Below the pieces are notes generated by a model that saw nothing but the letters and a program-made list of their open reading frames with translations, had not been told where the DNA came from and did no database searches. A program made the translations under genes and the position numbers. From Gracilinanus agilis (Eukaryota), in the NCBI RefSeq assembly GCF_016433145.1, contig NC_058133.1, forward strand, positions 429,563,511 through 429,627,510: a stretch of 64,000 bases of DNA, in the 5' to 3' direction. This document shows, piece by piece, positions 61,989 through 64,000 of this stretch (positions are counted from its first letter, which is position 1; every line of letters begins with the position of its first letter).

Positions 61989-62176
61989 ATTACTTTTTTT
62001 TTAACCCTTGTACTTCGGTGTATTGTCTCATAGGTGGAAGATTGGCAAGGGTGGGCAATGGGGGTCAAGTGACTTGCCCAGGGTCACACAGCTGGGAAGT
62101 GGCTGAGGCCGGATTTGAACCTAGGACCTCCTGTCTCTAGGCCTGACTCTCACTCCACTGAGCTACCCAGCTGCCC
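61989..62176 (-). mobile_element. Young SINE1_Mdo-type SINE inserted in the ERV leader
   Basis: Perfect 19-bp TSD ctctaagagaacaattttt at 61970-61988 and 62177-62195. Confidence 0.96.
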
Positions 62177-62239
62177 CTCTAAGAGAACAATTTTTGTTCC
62201 CAGAGAATTTTTCTAAGTTAGAAAAGCTTGCAATTTCAG

Positions 62240-63611
62240 ATTGGCTCTGTTTAATTCTGTGCCTGGGAGTGTTTACTTTCATTGGACATTTCCCACTTTA
62301 TTTTCTTCTCCTCAAGAATAAAAAAGAGAACGCTAGTCTGCTTAACTTACAGACCGAAATGGACAATTTTGAAAGAATCTTAAGTCATCTCAAGATGCAA
62401 AAGGAAGATCCCTCCCCATCTATGCCTCAGGTTGAATTCCTCCTCTCTTGCCTTGTGCAGCTCCTGGTGGCCCCACCATTTCCTGTCCCTTCCCAACCCT
62501 TTTCCTCTCACCCTACCTCCCCATCCCCAGACCAACCCCCCTTTCACCTCACCCACCCCTCTCCCTATTGCTCCCCTTACTCTATAACAACACAGACATC
62601 AAGCCAAGAGACAAGAACCACAAATAATTCAGTTAAATGCATTTTCCCCTAAAGAGAAATGCTCACCTTAAATAAAGATGGAGATATCATTTTACTAAGG
62701 GACCACACATCTTTTATCACCACCCCCAAGATATTAAGAAATTCAAGCAAAACATTCCTTCTTTTGAATATGATCCTATTGTAATTATTAAGAAGCTTGA
62801 CAACATATTTTGTACATATAATACTGCATATCAAGAAGTTGAAAATTTGGTTCAAGCCTTTTTGACAGAAAGAGAGAAAAATAAAATTTTTCTCTTGTTA
62901 ATAAAGCCTAATAATAATTAATTATTGACAAATAAGCAATATAATAATATTATTTTATTAATATAACATATATTGTATATAATATAATGATAATAATTAA
63001 GCAATCAGAGGAGGAAACTCCCTCCCAGTTTATGGATAGACTTATTGAACTTGGAGATAGATACATAGATCTAGATCTCTCCAAAGAGAGAGATGTCAGA
63101 TGAATTAGGAGACAGTTTGTAAATAACTGTTGCAAAGTGGTCAAAGAATATTTTAAGACAAACTGCCTGGACTGACCTAATATAAACCTGGAGGATGGGG
63201 AGAGTCACAATTTATGTATCTAAAGGCCACGAACAGAAAAATGATGAGACTAATAAATTAGTAGAGACATTAAGGAAGGAAATAAAAGCTTTAACTGAAA
63301 GATTTGACAAAGAAAAAGTAGGTCAAGTAGTGGCCATTGCCCCTTTGCAGGAATCCAAAAATCAATCATTTACATGTAACTTCTATGCAAGAAGGAGTCA
63401 CATAATGATGAACTATAAGAAATGGAATCAGGTTATTAGAAATAATAACTTTAGAAATAATAGCAATTATAGAAATAACTCACGCCAAAATGCCCAACAA
63501 CAATATATCCAAAGTGGGGCTTGTCCACACTCTAATCAGGGTGAAAATCTCCCTCAGCATGGAGATCCCAGAGAAATATATAAGGATCTTTATAAAAGGT
63601 GGGGAAGGTAA
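62240..63611 (+). pseudogene. gag: ERV gag, disrupted by stops, frameshifts and an internal deletion; true start uncertain
   Basis: Pro-rich segment; HPQDIKKFKQNIPSFEYDPIVIIKKLDNIF...VENLVQAFLTEREKNKI aligns by eye to gammaretroviral p30 (NPSFSEDP...L..LLT.EEK..V); IKQSEEETPSQFMDRL is MHR-like; CNFYARRSHIMMNY is a decayed CCHC. Confidence 0.85.
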
Positions 63612-64000
63612 GGGTGCTGGAATCAGAGAGTGAAACCTTTGATTTCCCAGACCCTGATGTTTTAATGCCAGTTATCCCTATTCATCCCCCCCCAGTGATG
63701 AATGGTATGTAATCCTGAAAATTGAAAGTTGGAAATATGTATTAAGCTTGCCTCTTGGGTACTGGAGGATCCAAATCAGTATTGATGAGTGCACCTGATT
63801 CTGATTGTGATTCCATTGGCTCACTAAACGTATTGGGGATTTCATTGTCACCCCTAAAGGTTCCAAAGTTTTCTGCTTGATTGGTGTCTGTGGGACCCCT
63901 ATCAGTACAACAGTCTTTCCTTCTAATGCCTAGCTACCCTATGAATTTGCTAGGAAAAGATCTTTTATGCAAGCTTAGAGCCACAAGAACTTGCTCTCCA
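63612..64000 (+). pseudogene. pro: ERV protease, inactivated
   Basis: LGTGGSKSVL (63755-63784, DTG changed to GTG) in frame with NLLGKDLLCKL (from 63944); in-frame TGA at 63878-63880; frameshifts upstream. Confidence 0.85.

Larger units (their letters stand above)
61005..64000 (+). mobile_element. Class I (gamma-like) ERV internal region: PBS, long leader, gag, pro; truncated by the window end
   Basis: PBS-like 61009-61027, p30-capsid-like and MHR-like motifs, degenerate zinc knuckle, gag stop, aspartic-protease motifs. Confidence 0.9.

Noticed and set aside
1-64000. tRNA, rRNA, snRNA/snoRNA, miRNA genes, numts, CRISPR arrays or prokaryotic defence systems
   Set aside because: None recognised. 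The tRNA-like heads belong to SINEs, and the sequence is mammalian. A cmscan/Rfam and mitochondrial BLAST would be needed to exclude small RNAs and numts formally.

Overview
AT-rich, CpG-poor marsupial genomic DNA, most likely Monodelphis domestica or a close didelphid. That call rests on young SINE1_Mdo-type SINEs, MAR1 SINEs and opossum-type L1 3' ends, recognised from memory of the consensus sequences without a database search. Much of the window is transposable-element debris: L1, L2, L3/CR1, RTE, MIR/MAR1, SINE1/2, one hAT-like remnant and one solo LTR. There are several microsatellites and two assembly gaps. The last ~3.3 kb is the 5' half of a decayed class I (gamma-like) endogenous retrovirus, LTR-PBS-leader-gag-pro, running off the right edge. 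I recognise no intact host protein-coding gene, tRNA, rRNA or CRISPR array. Apart from the ERV gag ORFs, the supplied ORFs look like chance or repeat-derived frames, so this reads as a long intron or intergenic region. I cannot support a new biological system. The best leads are (i) locally templated duplications and inversions (35.2-35.5 kb; 29.25/30.35 kb; 44.9/46.7 kb), (ii) an atypical hydrophobic N-terminus on the ERV Gag, and (iii) a few repeat-free islands and small exon candidates of an unidentified host gene. Boundaries of old repeats are approximate to tens of bp.
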